This document shows positions 1 to 24,673 of a DNA stretch of 64,000 nt, piece by piece. Within the stretch, counting starts at the first letter, position 1; every line of letters starts with the position of its first letter. Source of the stretch: the human T2T-CHM13v2.0 reference genome, Homo sapiens; NCBI RefSeq assembly GCF_009914755.1, contig NC_060931.1. One strand, 5' to 3'. Below the pieces are notes generated by a model. The model ran no database searches and was not told the DNA's origin. It worked only from the letters and a program-made list of their open reading frames with translations. Position numbers and translations under genes: made by a program.

Positions 1-598
1 GGTAGAGAAAGAGATAGGGATAAAAACCTTATTCAAAGGGATAATAACAAAGAATGTTCCAAACCTAAAGAAAGGTATCAATAGCCAAGCACAGGAGGGT
101 TCCAGAACACCAAGCAGAATTAACCCAAAGAAGATTACCTCAAGGCATTCAATAAGTCAACTCCCAAAAGTCAAGAATTAAGAAAGGATCCTAAAAGCAG
201 CAAGAGAAAAAAAAAATAAAAGTAAGTAACATAAAATGGAGCTTCAATACATTTGGCAGCAGAATTCTCAGTGGAAACCTTACAGGCTAGGAGAAAGTGG
301 CATGACATATGTAATGTACTGAAGGGAAAAAAAAAAAAAGCTCTTACCCTAGATAGTTTATCCAGTAAAAATATATACCCTTCAAACGTGAAGAAGAAAT
401 AGAGACTTTCCCAGACAAACAAAAGCTAGGGATTTCATCAATTCCAGACCTGTCCTACAAGAAATGCTGAAGAGTCCCTCAATCACAATGAAAAGGGTGC
501 TAAGAAGCAACATGTAACCACCTGAAGTACAAAATTCACTGGTAGCAGTAAGTAGACGGAAAAATACAGAATATAATAACACTGTAACTGTAGTATGT

Positions 599-1627
599 TA
601 TCGGGGGAAATTCACCCCTGATATTTCACGTAGGTTCTTTTCTATTTTCCCTAAGTGTCAGCCGGTCTGAGAAATAAAGGGAAAGAGTACAAAGAGAGAA
701 ATTTTGAGGCTGGGTGTCCACGGGAGACATCACATGTGGGCAGGTCCCATGATGCCCCCTGAGCCATAAAACCAGCAAGTTTTTATTAGCAATTTTCAAA
801 GGGGAGGGAGTGCACGAATAGGGTGTGGGTCACAGAGATCACATGCTTCAAGGGCAACAAAAGATCACAAGGCAGAAGGTCAAGGCGAAACTAGAATCAC
901 TAATGAACTTCCATATCCCACTGTGCACGCATTGTCAGGGTTCAAGAGCAGAGAACTGGTCTGACTAGAATTTGCCAGGCTGAAATTTCCTAATCCTAGC
1001 AAGCCTGGGGGTGCTGCAGGAGACTAGGGTGTGTTTCATCCCTATCTACATCTGCATAAGGCAGACACTCCCAGGGTGGCCATTTTAGAGGCCCTGCCCT
1101 GGGAATGCATTCTTTTCCCAGGGCTGTTAATTATTAATCATTCTTACTGGGGAAAGAATTCAGCGATATTTATCCTACCCATTTTCACTAATAAGAGAAA
1201 TATGGCTCTGTCCTGCCCGGCCCACAGGCAGCCAGACTTCAAGGTTATCTCCCTTGTTCCCTGAACATTGCTGTTATCCTGTTCTTTTTTCAAGGTGCCC
1301 AGATTTCATATTGTTTAAACAATTTGTGCAATTAACACAATCATCACAGGGTCCTGAGGTGACATTCATCCACAGCTTATGAAGATGATGGGATTAAGAG
1401 ATTAAAGACAGGCATAGGAAATCACAAGAGTATTGACTGGGGAAGTGATAAATGTCCATGAAATCTTCACAATTTATGTTCAGAGATTGCAGTAAAGACA
1501 GGTGTAAGAAATTATAAAAGTATTAATTTAGGGAACTAAAAAATGTCCATGAAATATTCACAATTTATGTTCTTCTGCCACGGCTTCAGCCAGTCCCTCC
1601 ATTCGGGGCCCCTGACTTCCCACAATA
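599..1627 (-). mobile_element. MER11 solo LTR (HERV-K11/HML-8)
   Basis: Termini tatcgggggaaattcaccc and cctgacttcccacaata match the reverse complement of MER11 as recalled. 6-bp TSD gtatgt (593-598) / gtctgt (1628-1633). Confidence 0.92.
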
Positions 1628-4123
1628 GTCTGTAAACTACTCTTATCCTAAGTAGGAAGACTAAATGATGAATCAATCAAAAATAATAATTACAAAAACT
1701 TTTTAAGATATGGTCAGTACAACAAAATATAAATAGAAACAAAAAGTTAAAAAGTCTGGGGACAAAGTTAAGGCCTAGAGTTTTTATTAGTGTTCTTTTT
1801 GCCTGTTTGTTTATGCAAACAATTTTAAGTTGTTATCAGGTTAAAATAATGGGTTATAAGATAGTATTTGCAAGCCTCATGTTAATCTCAAACTAAAACT
1901 TATACAATGAATTCATGAAAAATAAAAAGCAAGAAACTAAATCATATCACCAGACAAAATGATATTTACTAGAGGAAGACAGGAAGGAAAGAAAGAAAGA
2001 AGAGAAGACCAGAAAACAAATAACAAAAATTTGAGAGAAGTAAGTCCTTTCTTATCAATAACAACATTGAATGTAAATAATCTAAATCCTTAAATGAAAA
2101 GACATAGACTAGCTGAATGGATGAAAAAACAAAATCCATTGATCTGCTGCCTAGAAGAAACATACTTCACCTATAAAGACACACTTAGACTGAAAATATA
2201 GGAATAGAAAAATATTTCATGCCAAGGGAAATCAAAAAGAGCAGGAGTCACTATATTTCTATCAGGCAAACAGATTTAAAGACCAAAACTATAAGAAGAG
2301 ACAAAGAAGGTCACTATATAATGATAAAGGAGTCAATTCAGTAACAGAATATAACAATTTAAAATACATATGCACTCAACACTGAACCACCCACATATAT
2401 AAAGCCAAAATTACAAAAGTTATTAGAGCTAAAGAGAGATATATTCCTCAATACAATGATGGCTGAAGACTTCAACATCTCACTTTCAGGATTGAACAGA
2501 TCTTCCAGAGAGAAAATCAACAAAGAAACATTGACTTAATCTGCACTGTAGATTAAATGGCTCTAATAGATATTTACAGAAGATTTTATCCAAAATCTGT
2601 AGAATACGCATTCTTTTCCTCAGCACATAGATTATTTTCAGGGACAGACCATGTGTTAGGTAACAAAATGTCTTAAAACACTCAAAACATTGAAATAACA
2701 TAAAGCATCTTCTCTGATTATAATGGATTAAACTAGAAATTAATAACAGAGGAATTTTGGAAACTATACAAATATAAGAAAATTAAACTATATGCTCCTA
2801 AATGACCAGTTAATGAAGAAATTAAAAAGAAAATCAAAAACTTTCTTAAAACAAATGAAAATGGAAACACAACATACCAAAACCTATGGGATACAGAAAA
2901 AGCAGTACTAATAGGAAAGTTTATAGCTAAAAGTGCCTGCATGAAAAAAGAGGAAAAACTTCAAATGAACAATCTAATAATGCATCTGAAAGAATGAGAA
3001 AAGCAAGAGCAAACCAAATCCAAAATTAGTAGAAGAAAAGAAATAATAAAGCTCAAAGGAGAAACAAATAAAACTGAAATTGAAAAAAATACAAAAGAAG
3101 AATAAAACAAAAAGATAGGTTTTTGAAAAGTTAAACAGAATTTTCAAACCTTTAACCAGGCTAACTACAAAACAAAAAACAAACAACAACAACAAAAGAA
3201 AACAGAGATAGAGAGAGATGATCCAAATAAATAAAATCAGAAATGAAAAAGGAGATGCTACAACTGATACTGCAGAAATTCAAAGGATCACTAGTGGCTA
3301 CTATAAGCAACTACATGCCAATTAATCGGAAAATCTAGAAGAAATGAACAAATTCCTAGATATATACAATCTACCAAGGTTGAAATAGGAAGAAATTTAA
3401 AACCAGAACAGACCAAATACAAGTAACAAGATTGAAGCCATAATAAATAATAAAAATCTTTCAGTTAAAAAAAAAACCCAGGGACTGATGCCTTCACTAT
3501 TGAATTCTACCAAACATTTTAAGAAGAACTAATACAAATCCTAATTAAACTATTTTTTAAAGTAGAGGAGGATGGAATACTTTCAAACTAATTACATGAG
3601 GTCAGCATTACTCTGATACCAAAGACATTGAAAAACAGTAAACCACAAGCAAATATCTCTGATAAATATTGATGCAAAAATCCTCAACAAAATACTAGCA
3701 AACCAATTCAACAATACATTAAAAAGATCATTCATCATGACAGAGTGAGATTTACCCCTAGAATGCAAGGATAGTTCAACATACACAAATCAATCAATGT
3801 GATACAGTGAATCAACAGAGTGAAGGACAAAAACCATAAGATCATTTCAATTAATGCTGGAAAAGCATTTGATAAAGCTCAACATCCCTTTATGGTAAAA
3901 ACATTGAAAAACGGAATATAAAAGGAACATAGCTCAACATAATGAAAGCCATATATGATAGACCCATAGCTAGTATCATACTGAATATGGGGAAAAAAAT
4001 GAAAAACCTTTCCTCTTAGATATGGAACACCACAAGGAGGCCCACTGTCATAAGTTATTCAACCTAGTACTGAAAGTCTTAGCAGGAGCAGTCAGACAAC
4101 AGAAAGAAATAAAGGGTATCCAA

Positions 4124-4573
<450 letters not shown>

Positions 4574-5777
4574 TCAGTAGTATTTCTAAATGTTAACAGT
4601 GAACAACGTGAAAATGAGATTTAAAAAGTAATTCCATTTACAATAGCCACACATAAAATTAAATACCTAGGAATTAACTTCACCTAAGAAGTGAAAGATC
4701 TCCACTATGAAAACTATAAAATATTGATAAAATAAATTGAAGAGGACAAAACATAAGGAAAAAAACACTTCATGTTCATAAATTGGAAGAATCAATATTT
4801 TTTAAATGTTCATACTACCCAAAGCAATCTACAGATTCAATGACGTTTTTCACAGAAATAGAAAATTTGATCCTAAAATCCATATGGAACCAAAAACACC
4901 CAGAATAGACAAATCTACCTGAAGCAAATAAAATTTTTTTAAAAGCTTAAGGAATTACATTACCTGTCTTCAACTTCTGCTACAAAGTGATAGTAACCAA
5001 AACAGCACAGTTCTGGCATAAAAGGAGACATGTAGACCAACGGAAAAGAAAAGAGAACCTAGAATCAAAGCCACATACCTACAGAGAATTCATTTTTGAC
5101 AAAGTTGCCAAGAACATACACTCAGTAAAAGACAGTCACTTCAGTAAATGACAATAGGAAAACCAAATATCCATTTGCAGAGTAAAACTAGACCTCTATC
5201 TCTCAGTATGTACAAAAATCAAATCCAAATGGATTAAAGACTTAAATCTAAGATATCAAACTGTGAAACAACTACAAGAAAACATTGGGGAAAATCTCTA
5301 GGAATTTGTCTGGGCAAAAATTTCTTGAGCGATGATAGCCCACAAGCGCAGGCAACCAACGCAAAAATTGACAAATAGGATCACATCAAGTTAAAAAGCT
5401 TGTCCAGAACAAAGGATACAATCATCAAAGTGAAGACACTACCCACAGACCACAACCCACAGGAGAAAATATTTGAAAACTGCCTATCAGACCAAAGGAT
5501 TCATAATCAGAATATATAAGCAGCCCAAATAACCCTACAGAAAGAAATCTAATAATCTAATTAAAACATAGGCAAAATATTCAAATAAACATTTCTCAAA
5601 AATGACATATAAATAGTAAACAGGCATATGAAAAGGTGCTCAATATCAATAATAATCAGAGAAATGCAAATTAAAATGACAATGGTATGTCATCTCCCCC
5701 TAGTTAAAATGGCTTGTATTCAAAAGACAGGCAAGAACACATGCTGGCAAGGATGTAAAGAAAATCTACATTTCTAT

Positions 5778-6806
5778 GGAGGGTGGAGCCAAGATGGCCG
5801 AATAGGAACAGCTCCAGTCTACAGCTCCCAGCCTGAGTGACGCAGAAGACAGGAGATTTCTGCATTTCCAACTAAGGGACGGGGTTCATCTCACTGGAGA
5901 GTGTCGGAAAGTGGGTGCAGGACAGTGGGTGCAGCTCACCCAGCATGAGCTGAAGCAGCGCAAAGCATCGTCTCACCTGGGAGGCACAAGGGGTCAGGGA
6001 ATTCCCTTTCTTAGTCCAAGAAAGAGGTGACAGATGGCACTGGGAAAACAGGGTCACTCACACTCTAATATTGCGCTTTTCCAACAGTCTTAGTAAACGC
6101 CACACCAGGAGATTATATCCCACGCCTGTCTAGGATGGGTCCTATGCCCACGGAGCCTCACTCATTGCTAGACAGCAGTCTGAGATCAAACTGCAAGGCA
6201 GCAGCGAGGCTGGGGGAGGGGCACCCGCCATTGCCGAGACTTGAGTAGGTAAACAAAGCGGCCAGGAAGCTCCATCTGGGTGGAGCCCACCGCAGCTCAA
6301 GGAGGCCTGCCTGCCTCTGTAGACTCCACCTCTGGGGACAGGGCATAGCCAAACAAAAGGCAGCAGAATCCTCTGCAGACTTAAATGTCCCTGTCTGACA
6401 GCTTTGAAGAGACTAGTGGTTCTCCCAGCATGCAGCTGGAGATCTGAGAACGGACAGACTGCCTCCTCAAGTGGGTCCCTGAACCCTGAATAGCCTAACT
6501 GGGAGGCACCCCCCAGTAGGGGCAGACTGACACCTCACGTGGCTGGGTACTCTTCTGAGACAAAACTTCCAGAGGAACGATCTGACAGCAACATCTGCTG
6601 TTCACCAATATCCACTGTTCTGCAGCCTCTGCTGCTGATACCCAGGCAGACAGCGTCTGGAGTGGACCTCCAGCAAAATCCAACAGACCTGCAGCTGAGG
6701 GTCCTGACTGTTAGAAGGAAAACTAACAAACAGAAAGGACATACACACCAAAAACCCATCTGTACATCACCATCATCAAAGACCAAAGGTAGGTAAAAAC
6801 ACAAAG
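5778..6806 (+). promoter_or_regulatory. L1 5' UTR internal promoter with YY1 site and the ~129-bp ZNF93-bound segment
   Basis: caagatggccg (YY1 motif) at 5790-5800. The segment at about 6550-6678 (tcttctgagacaaaacttcc...cagcaaaatcc) is present in L1PA3-6 and absent from L1PA2/L1HS. CpGs are largely decayed. Confidence 0.75.
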
Positions 6807-7817
6807 ATGGGGAAAAAGCAGAGCAGAAAAACTGGAAACTCTAAAAATCAGAGCGCCTTTCCTCCTCCAAAGGAATGCAGCTCCTCACCAGCAATGGAAC
6901 AAAGCTGGACAGAGAATGACTTTGATGAGTTGAGAGAAAAAGGATTCAGATGATCAAACTACTCCGAGCTAAAGGAGGAAGTTCCAACCCATGGCAAAGA
7001 AGTTAAAAACTTTGAAAAAAATTAGACAAATGGCTAACTAGAGAAACCAATGCAGAGAAGTCCTTAAAGGACCTGATGGAGCTGAAAACCAAGGCATAAG
7101 AACTACGTGACAAATGCACAAGCCTCAGTAGCTGATTCAATCAACTGGAAGAAAGGGTATCAGTGATGGAAGATCAAATGAATGAAATGGAGTGAGAAGT
7201 TTAGAGAAAAAAGAATAGAAAGAAACGAACAAAGCCTCCAAGAAATATGGGACTACGTGAAAACACCAAATCTATGTCCGATTGGTGTACCTGAAAGTGA
7301 CAGGGAGAATCGAACCAAGTTAGAAAACACTCTGCAGGATATTATCCAGGAGAACTTCCCCAATCTAGAAAGGCAGGCCAACATTCAAATTCAGGAAATA
7401 CAGAGAATGCCACAAAGATACTCCTCAAGAAGAGCAACTCCAAGACACATAATTGTCAGATTCACCAAAGTTGAAACGAAGGAAAAAATGTTAAGGGCAG
7501 CCAGAGAGAAAGGTCGGGTTACCCACAAAGGGAAGCCCATCAGACTAACAGCAGATCTCTAGGTAGAAACTCTACAAGCCAGAAGAGAGTGGGGGCCAAT
7601 ATTCAACATTCTTAAAGAAAAGAATTTTCAACCCAGAATTTCATATCCAGCCAAACTAAGCTTCATAAGTGAAGGAGAAATAAAATCCATTACAGACAAG
7701 CAAATGCTGAGAGATTTTGTCACCACCAGGCCTGCCCTAAAAGAGCTCCTGAAGGAAGCACTAAACATGGAAAGGAACAACCGGTACCAGCCACTGCAAA
7801 AACATGCCAAATTTTAA
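6807..7817 (+). pseudogene. Disrupted L1 ORF1p
   Basis: ATG GGG AAA AAG start and TAA at 7815-7817, with an internal stop and frameshifts. Fragment 7182..7562 reads NEQSLQEIWDYVK...RATPRHIIVRF. Confidence 0.92.
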
Positions 7818-7880
7818 AGACCATCGAGGCTAGGAAGAAACTGAATCAATTAATGGGCAAAATAACCAGCTAAGATCATA

Positions 7881-12754
<4,874 letters not shown>

Positions 12755-12981
12755 ACAATGAGAACACATGGACACAGGAAAGGGAACATCACACACTGGG
12801 GCCTGTTCTGGGGTCGGGGGAGAGGGGAGGGATAGCATTGGGAGATATACCTAATATTAAATGACAAGTTAATGAGTTCAGCACACCAACATGGCACATG
12901 TATACATACGTAACTAACCTGCACATTGTGCACATGTACCCTAAAACTTAAAGTATAATAAAAAAAAAGAAAATTTACATT

Positions 12982-13303
12982 ATGCATAAATATAGATTTG
13001 TGTAAAAAAAGTCACTGCAGAGCAGTAAAAAAAGGACATTTTTCATTAAATGATGCTGTCATGTTGGATATCTATATATATAGATGATTATAAAATGCTC
13101 TTTATCACACACCATACACAAATAGCAATTCCACATTGGTTATAGCAATATAGTAAAGAAAAAATAATAAAGCTTAACAAGTAATGTAGAATAGTTTTTG
13201 ATCAATCAGTAGGTAAATATTTTGAAAGAACTTAACAAGAAATAAACACAAATTAAAAGATTGTTACATTTACCTACGTCATTAAGGCCTTAACTCTTTG
13301 CCA
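12982..13303 (+). mobile_element. Ancient L1M ORF2 fragment (host of the L1PB insertion)
   Basis: Degenerate L1M 3' ORF2 sequence that resumes collinearly after 25283. Confidence 0.6.
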
Positions 13304-16300
13304 GTCCAAGATGTTGGATTAGAGGGAGCGTCAGCAGGCCTCTCCCACTTGGGAAGAAAAAGTAGGTTTTAGATATTTAACTGTGAACTTTTGTTCCAAG
13401 AAGCAATGCAGGAACATAACAGGAAAACTGAAATCCAGAGACACTTTGAAAGAAGTTGCAGGCTTCGCCTATATCTTGAGCCGGGAGAAAAACTGTAAGT
13501 CCCAGAGTTTGAGAGAGGGAGAGACTGCCTCCAGGATATACACCCTCAAAGGAGAACCTGGAAAACCAGGCCATGGGGGAAAGCCCTACCCAGCACTAGA
13601 ACTGATTTAGAGAGTGGTGAGGAATCTAAAAGTGGAAGTGGCAGCAGGAAGAGCCTCACATGCATTTCCAGTGTCCAACATAGACCAAGAGAAGCCATTC
13701 CTTATTATGCCTCACAGGAACCTCATAAATGTCTCCCAACTAACTCAGACAGCAATCACAGGTTGAAAAAAGTCCCCAGCTGAATTCCACAGTATAGCCT
13801 TGAATGGAGAGCACTCCCTTGGCCAGAACCAAGGAATGAGTGGGAGGGAAGTATGCTGCAGCCAGGAGCTGGGTGTCCTAGCTGTGTGGGTGGATTGGGA
13901 GGGGCATGGCCTGAAACCTGTGGTTGCTATCTCTGTGAAGAAAGTTTATGGCCTGGGCAGTTGTGAATTATGAGTGTAGACAGCCTGCAACTTAGCTTTC
14001 TGCTGCAGGTGGAAAACTACTGGTGTGAGACCTGCCTTGTCAAGTATCTGGGAGCTGGGTGAGGCTTACTGCCACCTGCTACTACAAACTGCCTGCATGA
14101 ACTCTTCTGTTCAGCAGAAGCAGCTATGTTCCTCTATAAAACATTACGACAGTGGTCAGATAACTGCCTTGTAACTCCCATAGGAGTTGCTGATTGCCCC
14201 ACAGGCAGAGAGCCAGGGTACAAACCTGCCTGACCCAGCCCCCATCTGGCTTTGCCCCTCTAACCACCATGGTAGCTTAACACAAAGGATAGAATCTTTC
14301 GGGAGCTTTATAGCCCTGCTCATCACCTGAGAAACCAGAGTACCTCCCCAGGGTAACATAAGGCAACCAGAAATCCCATAACTATCATTGTAGCTTGTGT
14401 TCTTTTGTAAGTACCACCTCCTGGCTGGAGGCCAACCAGCCAACCAAATGGACTGTGTAGTCCATTATAGCATCTTCAAGTAGAATAACACTGTTCCCAG
14501 AAAGAAGAAAACTCATGTGCAACTTCTGCTATCGCCATTGCCTGCATCACCCTGGCCAACCAGGAGGTCCTGAGTCTGTCCACATGACCAGTTCATCACC
14601 ACTACAACGCACAACTGAGAAAGCCAGCACACTAAGGCTACCTATAACCAAGGAGTCTCACAGTCTCTGTCACTCCCCTGCCACCACCTTTAGGGCTGGT
14701 GCTGGTACCAGTTGCTGGGGGATATTAAGGACATGTACATCACCACATCCCTTGTAGACATTCCCCAGGACTAGCCTGGAGTATGGCAACTTCACTGGGT
14801 AGCTAGACTCAGGGGAGCAATGGCATTCACAGTAGTAGGGCTCTCAGGGATTCCCACTCCTAGAGGAATGGGGAGGGTACCACATCAAGGGAACATGCCT
14901 GGGACAAAATAATCCAAACAGCAGGACTTGAGTCCCAGATCTTTCTCCTGGTGGGAAGTTTCTTTCAGGAGAGGCATAGTTGCAGTGCCAGGCTCAGTGG
15001 GGAATGTCTGCAGCCCAGGAGCTCTACCCCAACACTCAGGCAGTCCTGGTGCTTGTGAAGGGTCTTGGAGAAGGAAACTTTTTTCTCCCTTATCCACCAC
15101 TGTGGACACAGCTGTGGTTTTTTCCAAGAGCTCAGCATGGGTGCACTTAGAGACAGCCTTTCTGGAACCCTTCAGGGTGACATCATCCCCACAGAAGGAG
15201 CAACCTCCAAATGCAGGTTGCTTTGCATGAGAGGTAGAGTCACAATTCCTCTCTACTTGGAACATCAACATTCCTGCAGATAAAAATATGTGACTGTCTA
15301 ATCTGAATAGCTGGAACACTAGGTGAAGAGTGTGTCTAGGTGATGGATAGCTTTTCTGCTGCCCTGGTAGGGAAGCTGAGGTAGATCCAGTCCTTCCCTC
15401 TTAAAAGACCTCAGTGCATTTTGCTGAGAGCTTCCCTAGCCACCTCTGTCAAGGCTGGGACCTCTGCCCACCATTGGGTATTGCATTTACCCATCTACTT
15501 TAGCCATAGCCAGTTTTTACCCATGGACATACCCCTTATTGGCCTGAAATAGTCAACCCAGTAAATAAAATACTGGGGAACAAATAAATAAATTAATAAG
15601 TACACAAAATAGGGGAATGAGTTAAGCTTCAAGAGATTTCTGCCATTGCAACCCTATAGAAAACAGTGAACTTGTTCATACACTGAGCACATTGTTACTA
15701 CAATCATCATCCATCATACGAAAACTCTCTATAACCAAGGAACTTATATAGAGTCTTCACCCCTGAAGGAACCAAGAGCCAAATTAGGCTACAATAAACT
15801 ATAAATATGAAAGTCACATTCTTGGGGGTGGGGACAAGAAAATTTTTAAAACCCGCAATTAAATACAAAATACATTCAGACTAATTAGAAGAAATAGTCT
15901 ACACATGTAAGAAGAAATCAGAAAAAATAATTTTAGTAATATGACAAGAAAGGGTTCTATAACAACCCCAAAAGATTACACCAGCCCTGCAGCAATAAAT
16001 ACAAACCAAAATGAAATATTTGAAATACCAGATAAAGAATTTTTAAGGTTGATTGTTAAGCTACTCAAGGGGATAACAAAAGAAAGTGAAAACCTACTTT
16101 TTAAAAAAAAAATTCAAGATATGAATGAAAAATTTGCAAAAGAGATAGATATCTTAAAGCAAAACCAATCAGAAATTCCAGAAATGAAAGACATAGGAAA
16201 TTACAAAATGCAGTGGAAAGTTTCAACAATAAACTAAAACAAGTAGAAGAAAGAATTTCTGAGCTAGAAGAAAAGACTTTTGAATTGACCCAATCAGACA

Positions 16301-17786
16301 AAAATTAAAAGAATCAAAAGAAAGGAGCAAAGTTTCCAACAAATGTGAGATTATGTAAAATGGTTAAACCTAAAATTAATTGGTGTTACTGAGGGAGAAG
16401 AAAAAGCAAAAAGTTTGGAAAACTTATTTGAGTGAATAATTGAGGAAAACTTCCCTGATCTTGCTAGAGATTTAGATATTCAAATATAAGAAGCTCAAAG
16501 AACTCCTGTGAGACTCATTAGAAAAAGATGATCACCAAGACATAGTCAACAGGCTATAAAAAGTCAACATGAAGGAAATAAGTCTAAAAGCCGTGAGACA
16601 AAATCATCAGGTAACCTATAAAGTAAAACATATCAGAGACTAACAGCAGACTTCTCAGCAGAAACCTTACAAGCCAGAAGGGATAGGAGTCCTATTGTTA
16701 GCCTCCCTAAACAGAATAACTGTCAGCCAGGAATTTTGTAGCCAGCCAAACCAACTTTCATAAACAAAGGAGATATAAAGTCATTTTCAGACAAAGAAAT
16801 GCTGAGGAAATTTATTACCAGGTCATTCCTACAAGGAATGATAAGAGGAGTTCTAAATCTTGAAACAAAAGCTTGATATACACAAAAATGGAATCTCTTG
16901 AAAGCATTAAACTCACAATGCCTATAAAAAAAGACATGATAAAAAAACAAAGCATCTAGACAAAATTTAACATGATAAATGGAACAATATCTCACATGTC
17001 AATATTAATGTTAAATATAAATGACCTAAATGCTCCACTTAAAATGTGTAGACTGACAGAATGGATAAAGAATCACAAACCAAATATCTGCCGTCTTCAA
17101 GAGATTCAACTAACATGTAAGAATTCCTATAAACTCAAGGTAAAAGGGTGGAAAAAGCAGGAAAATAGCTACTCCTGCTCACAAATGGAGACCAAAAGTG
17201 AGCAGGAGTAGCTATTCTTTTATCAGATAAAACAAACTTTAAAACAACAACAGTAAAAAAAGACAAAGAAAGTCATTATATAATGATAAAAGGATCAGTC
17301 CAACAAGAAGATATCACAATCTTAAATAGCACTAGACAGACCATCAAGACAGAAAGTTAGCAAAGAAATAATGGGCTTCAACTACATTCCAGAACAAATG
17401 GACCTAATAGATATTTACAGAACATTCTACCCAAGAACTGCAGAATATACATTCTTCTCATCAGAACGTAGAACATTCTCCAAGACAGACTATATGATAG
17501 GTCACAAAACAAATCTCAATAAACTTTTAAAAATTAAACTCATATCAAGTGTCTTCTCACACAAGAGTGGAATAAAACTAGAAATCAACCCCAAAAGGAA
17601 CCCTCAAAACTATACATATACAGGAAAATTAAACAAACTTCTCCTTGATGATTTTTGGTTTCATGATGAAATCAAGGTGGAAATTCAAAAGTTATTTGAA
17701 ATGAATGATAATAGTGACACAAGTAATCAAAACCTCTGGTATACAGCAAAAGCAGGAAATTTTTTTTATTATAAAAAAAGATGAAA

Positions 17787-21666
<3,880 letters not shown>

Positions 21667-24600
21667 TAAGAGGAAATTTTATAGCACTAAGTGCGTATAT
21701 CAAAAAGTCTGAAAGATCACAAATTGACAACCTACTGTCAAACTTCAAGGAACTAGAGAAGTAAGAACGCACTAAACCCAAATCTAGCAGAAGGAAAGAA
21801 ATAAGAAATATCAGAGCAGAATTAAATGAAATTGAAACAAAAAAATACAAAAGATCAATGAAACAAAAGACTGGTTCTTTGAAAAGACAAAAAAGATTGA
21901 TAAACCGTTAGCCAGATTAACCAAGGAAACAAGAGAGAATATACAAATAAACTCAATTATAGATGAAACTAGAGACTTTACAACCAACACCACAGAAATA
22001 CAAAAGATCATTTGAGACTCCTAGTTTGAAACACAAACCAGAAGACCTAGAGGAAATAGATAAATTCCTAGAAACATACAACTCTCCTAGATTAAATCAG
22101 GAAGAAATAGAAACCCTGAACAGACCAACAAAAAGCAGCAACACTGAATCAGTAATAAAAATAAATAAATAAATTGTCAACAACAACTAAAAAAATCCCA
22201 GGATCAGATGGATTCACAGCTGAACTCTGTCAGACATGGAAAGAAGAATTGATGTCAATCCTAATGAAATTATTCCAACAGATTAAGAAAGAGGGACTCT
22301 ATAAATCATTCTATGAAGCCAGTACCATCTTGATACCAAAACCAGGAAATGATGTAACATAAAAATAAAACTACAGCCCAATATCCCTGATGAACATAGA
22401 TGCAAAAATTCCCAGCAAAATACTAGCTAATCGAATCCAACAGTATATCAGAAAGATAATATATCATGATGAAGTGGGTTTTATTCCAGGGGTGCAGGAA
22501 TGGCTTGACATATGCAAGTGAATTAATGTGATACATCACATAAACAGAATTAACAACAAAAACCATATGATCATCTTAATGGTTGCGAAAAAGCATGTGA
22601 TAATATCCAGCATCTCCTTATGATAAAAACTCTCAACAAACTAGACATAGAAGGGGTTTACTTCAAATTAATAAAAGCCATATATGACAAACCCACAGCC
22701 AACATCATACAGAATGGGGAAAAGTTGAAAGCATTTCCCCAGAGAATTGGAACAAGACAAGGATGCCCACTTTCATCATTTCTGTTTAACATAGTACTTG
22801 AAGTCCTAGCTAGAGCAATCAGGCAAGAGAAAGAAAAAAAAAAGGCATTCATATTAGAAAAGTGGAAGTTGAACTATTACTGTTTGTTGATGATATGATC
22901 ATATGCCTAGAAAACCCTCAAGATTCATCCAAAAGACTCCTAGATTTGATCAATAATTCAGTAAATACTCAAGTTTCAAATTCAATGTACACAAATCAGT
23001 AGCATTGCTATACACCAATGACCAAGTTGAGAATCAAATCAAGAATTCAATCCCTATTACAACAGCTGTGAAAAATAAAATAAAATAAAATACCTAGAAA
23101 TATATATAACCAAGGAGGTGAAAGTCCTTTACAAGAGCTATAAATCACTGCTGAAAGAAATCACAGATGACACAAACAGAAAAACATCCCATACTAATGG
23201 CTTGGAGGAACCAATGCTGTAAAAATGATCATACTGCCCAAAGCAATCTATAGATTCAATACAATTTCCATTAAAAGACCAAAATTATTTTTCACAGAAT
23301 TAGAAAAAAATCTAAAATTCATATGGAACCAAACAAGAGCCTGAATAGCCAAAGCAATCCTAAACAGAATGAACAAATCTGGAGGCATCACATTACAAGA
23401 CTTCAAGTTATACTACAAGGCCATTGTTATCTAAACAGCATGGTACTGGTATAAAAGTAGGTGCAAAGAGCAATGGAACAGAATAGCGAACCCAGAAATA
23501 AAGCCAAATACATAAATACTTACAACTAACTGATATTTGACAAAGGATACAAAAACATACAGTGGAGAAAGGACATCCTATTTAATAAATGGTGCTGGAA
23601 AAACTCACTAGCCACATGCAGAAGCATGAAACTGGATCCCTGTCTCTCATCCTATACAAAAATCAACTCAAGATGGATGAAAGACTTTAAGACCTAAAAC
23701 TATAAAAATTCTAGAAGATAACCTTGAAAATAACTTTTCTGGACATTGGCCTAGGCAAAGAATTTGTGACTAAAACTCAAAAAACAAATGCAACAAAAAC
23801 AAAAATAAATACATGGAAACTGATTAAAAGTAAAAGCTTCTTTAGTACAAAAGAAATAATCATCAGAGTAAACAGATAACCCACAGAGTGGGAGAAAATA
23901 TTTACAAATTATGCATCTGACAAAGGATGACTATCCAGAATCTACAAGAAACACAAAGAAATCAGCCAGAAAATAATAATCCCATCAAAATGTGGGCAAA
24001 TGACATAAAGAGACATTATTCAAAAGAAGATATACAAATGTCGCCAAATATATGATAGAAATGCTCAACATCACTAATCATTTGGGAAATGCAAATTAAA
24101 ACCACAATGAGACATCACCCTACTCTTGCAAGGATGGCTTATTATTAAAAAGTCAAAAAACAATCGATGTTGGCATGGATATTATGAAAGAGGAATGCTT
24201 TTACACTACTGGTGGTAATGTAAATTAGTACAACCTTTATGGAAAACAGTATGAATATTCCTTAAAGAACTAAAAGTAGATCTACCATTCAATCCAGCCA
24301 TCTCACTACTGGGTCTTTATTCAAAGGAAAAGAAGTCGTTATACAAAAAAGATACTTGCACATGCATGTTTATTGCAGCCTAATTCACAGTTGCAAAGAT
24401 GTGATGAACCCAAGTGCCCACTGACCAATAAGTGAATAAAGAAAATGTAGTACATTTATACCGTGGAATACTACTCAACCATAAAAAGTAATAAAATAAT
24501 GTCTTTTGCATCAACTTGGACAGAGCTGGATGCCATTATTCTAAGTGAAGTAACTCAGGAATGGAAAACCAAGTACAATGTTCTCATTTATTTACAAATG

Positions 24601-24673
24601 TTCTCATTTATAAGTGGGAGCTACATTATGAATATGCAAAGGCATACAGAATGATAAAATGGACTTTGGAGAT

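Noticed and set aside
1385-1575. Direct repeats with spacers that could look CRISPR-like
   Set aside because: These are internal repeats of the MER11 LTR, also present in the second copy, in eukaryotic DNA.
6142-6231. L1 antisense ORF0 (MAGAPPPASL...)
   Set aside because: The ATG is present at 6231 (minus strand), but a 1-nt deletion after SDCC shifts the frame and it stops after 29 codons.
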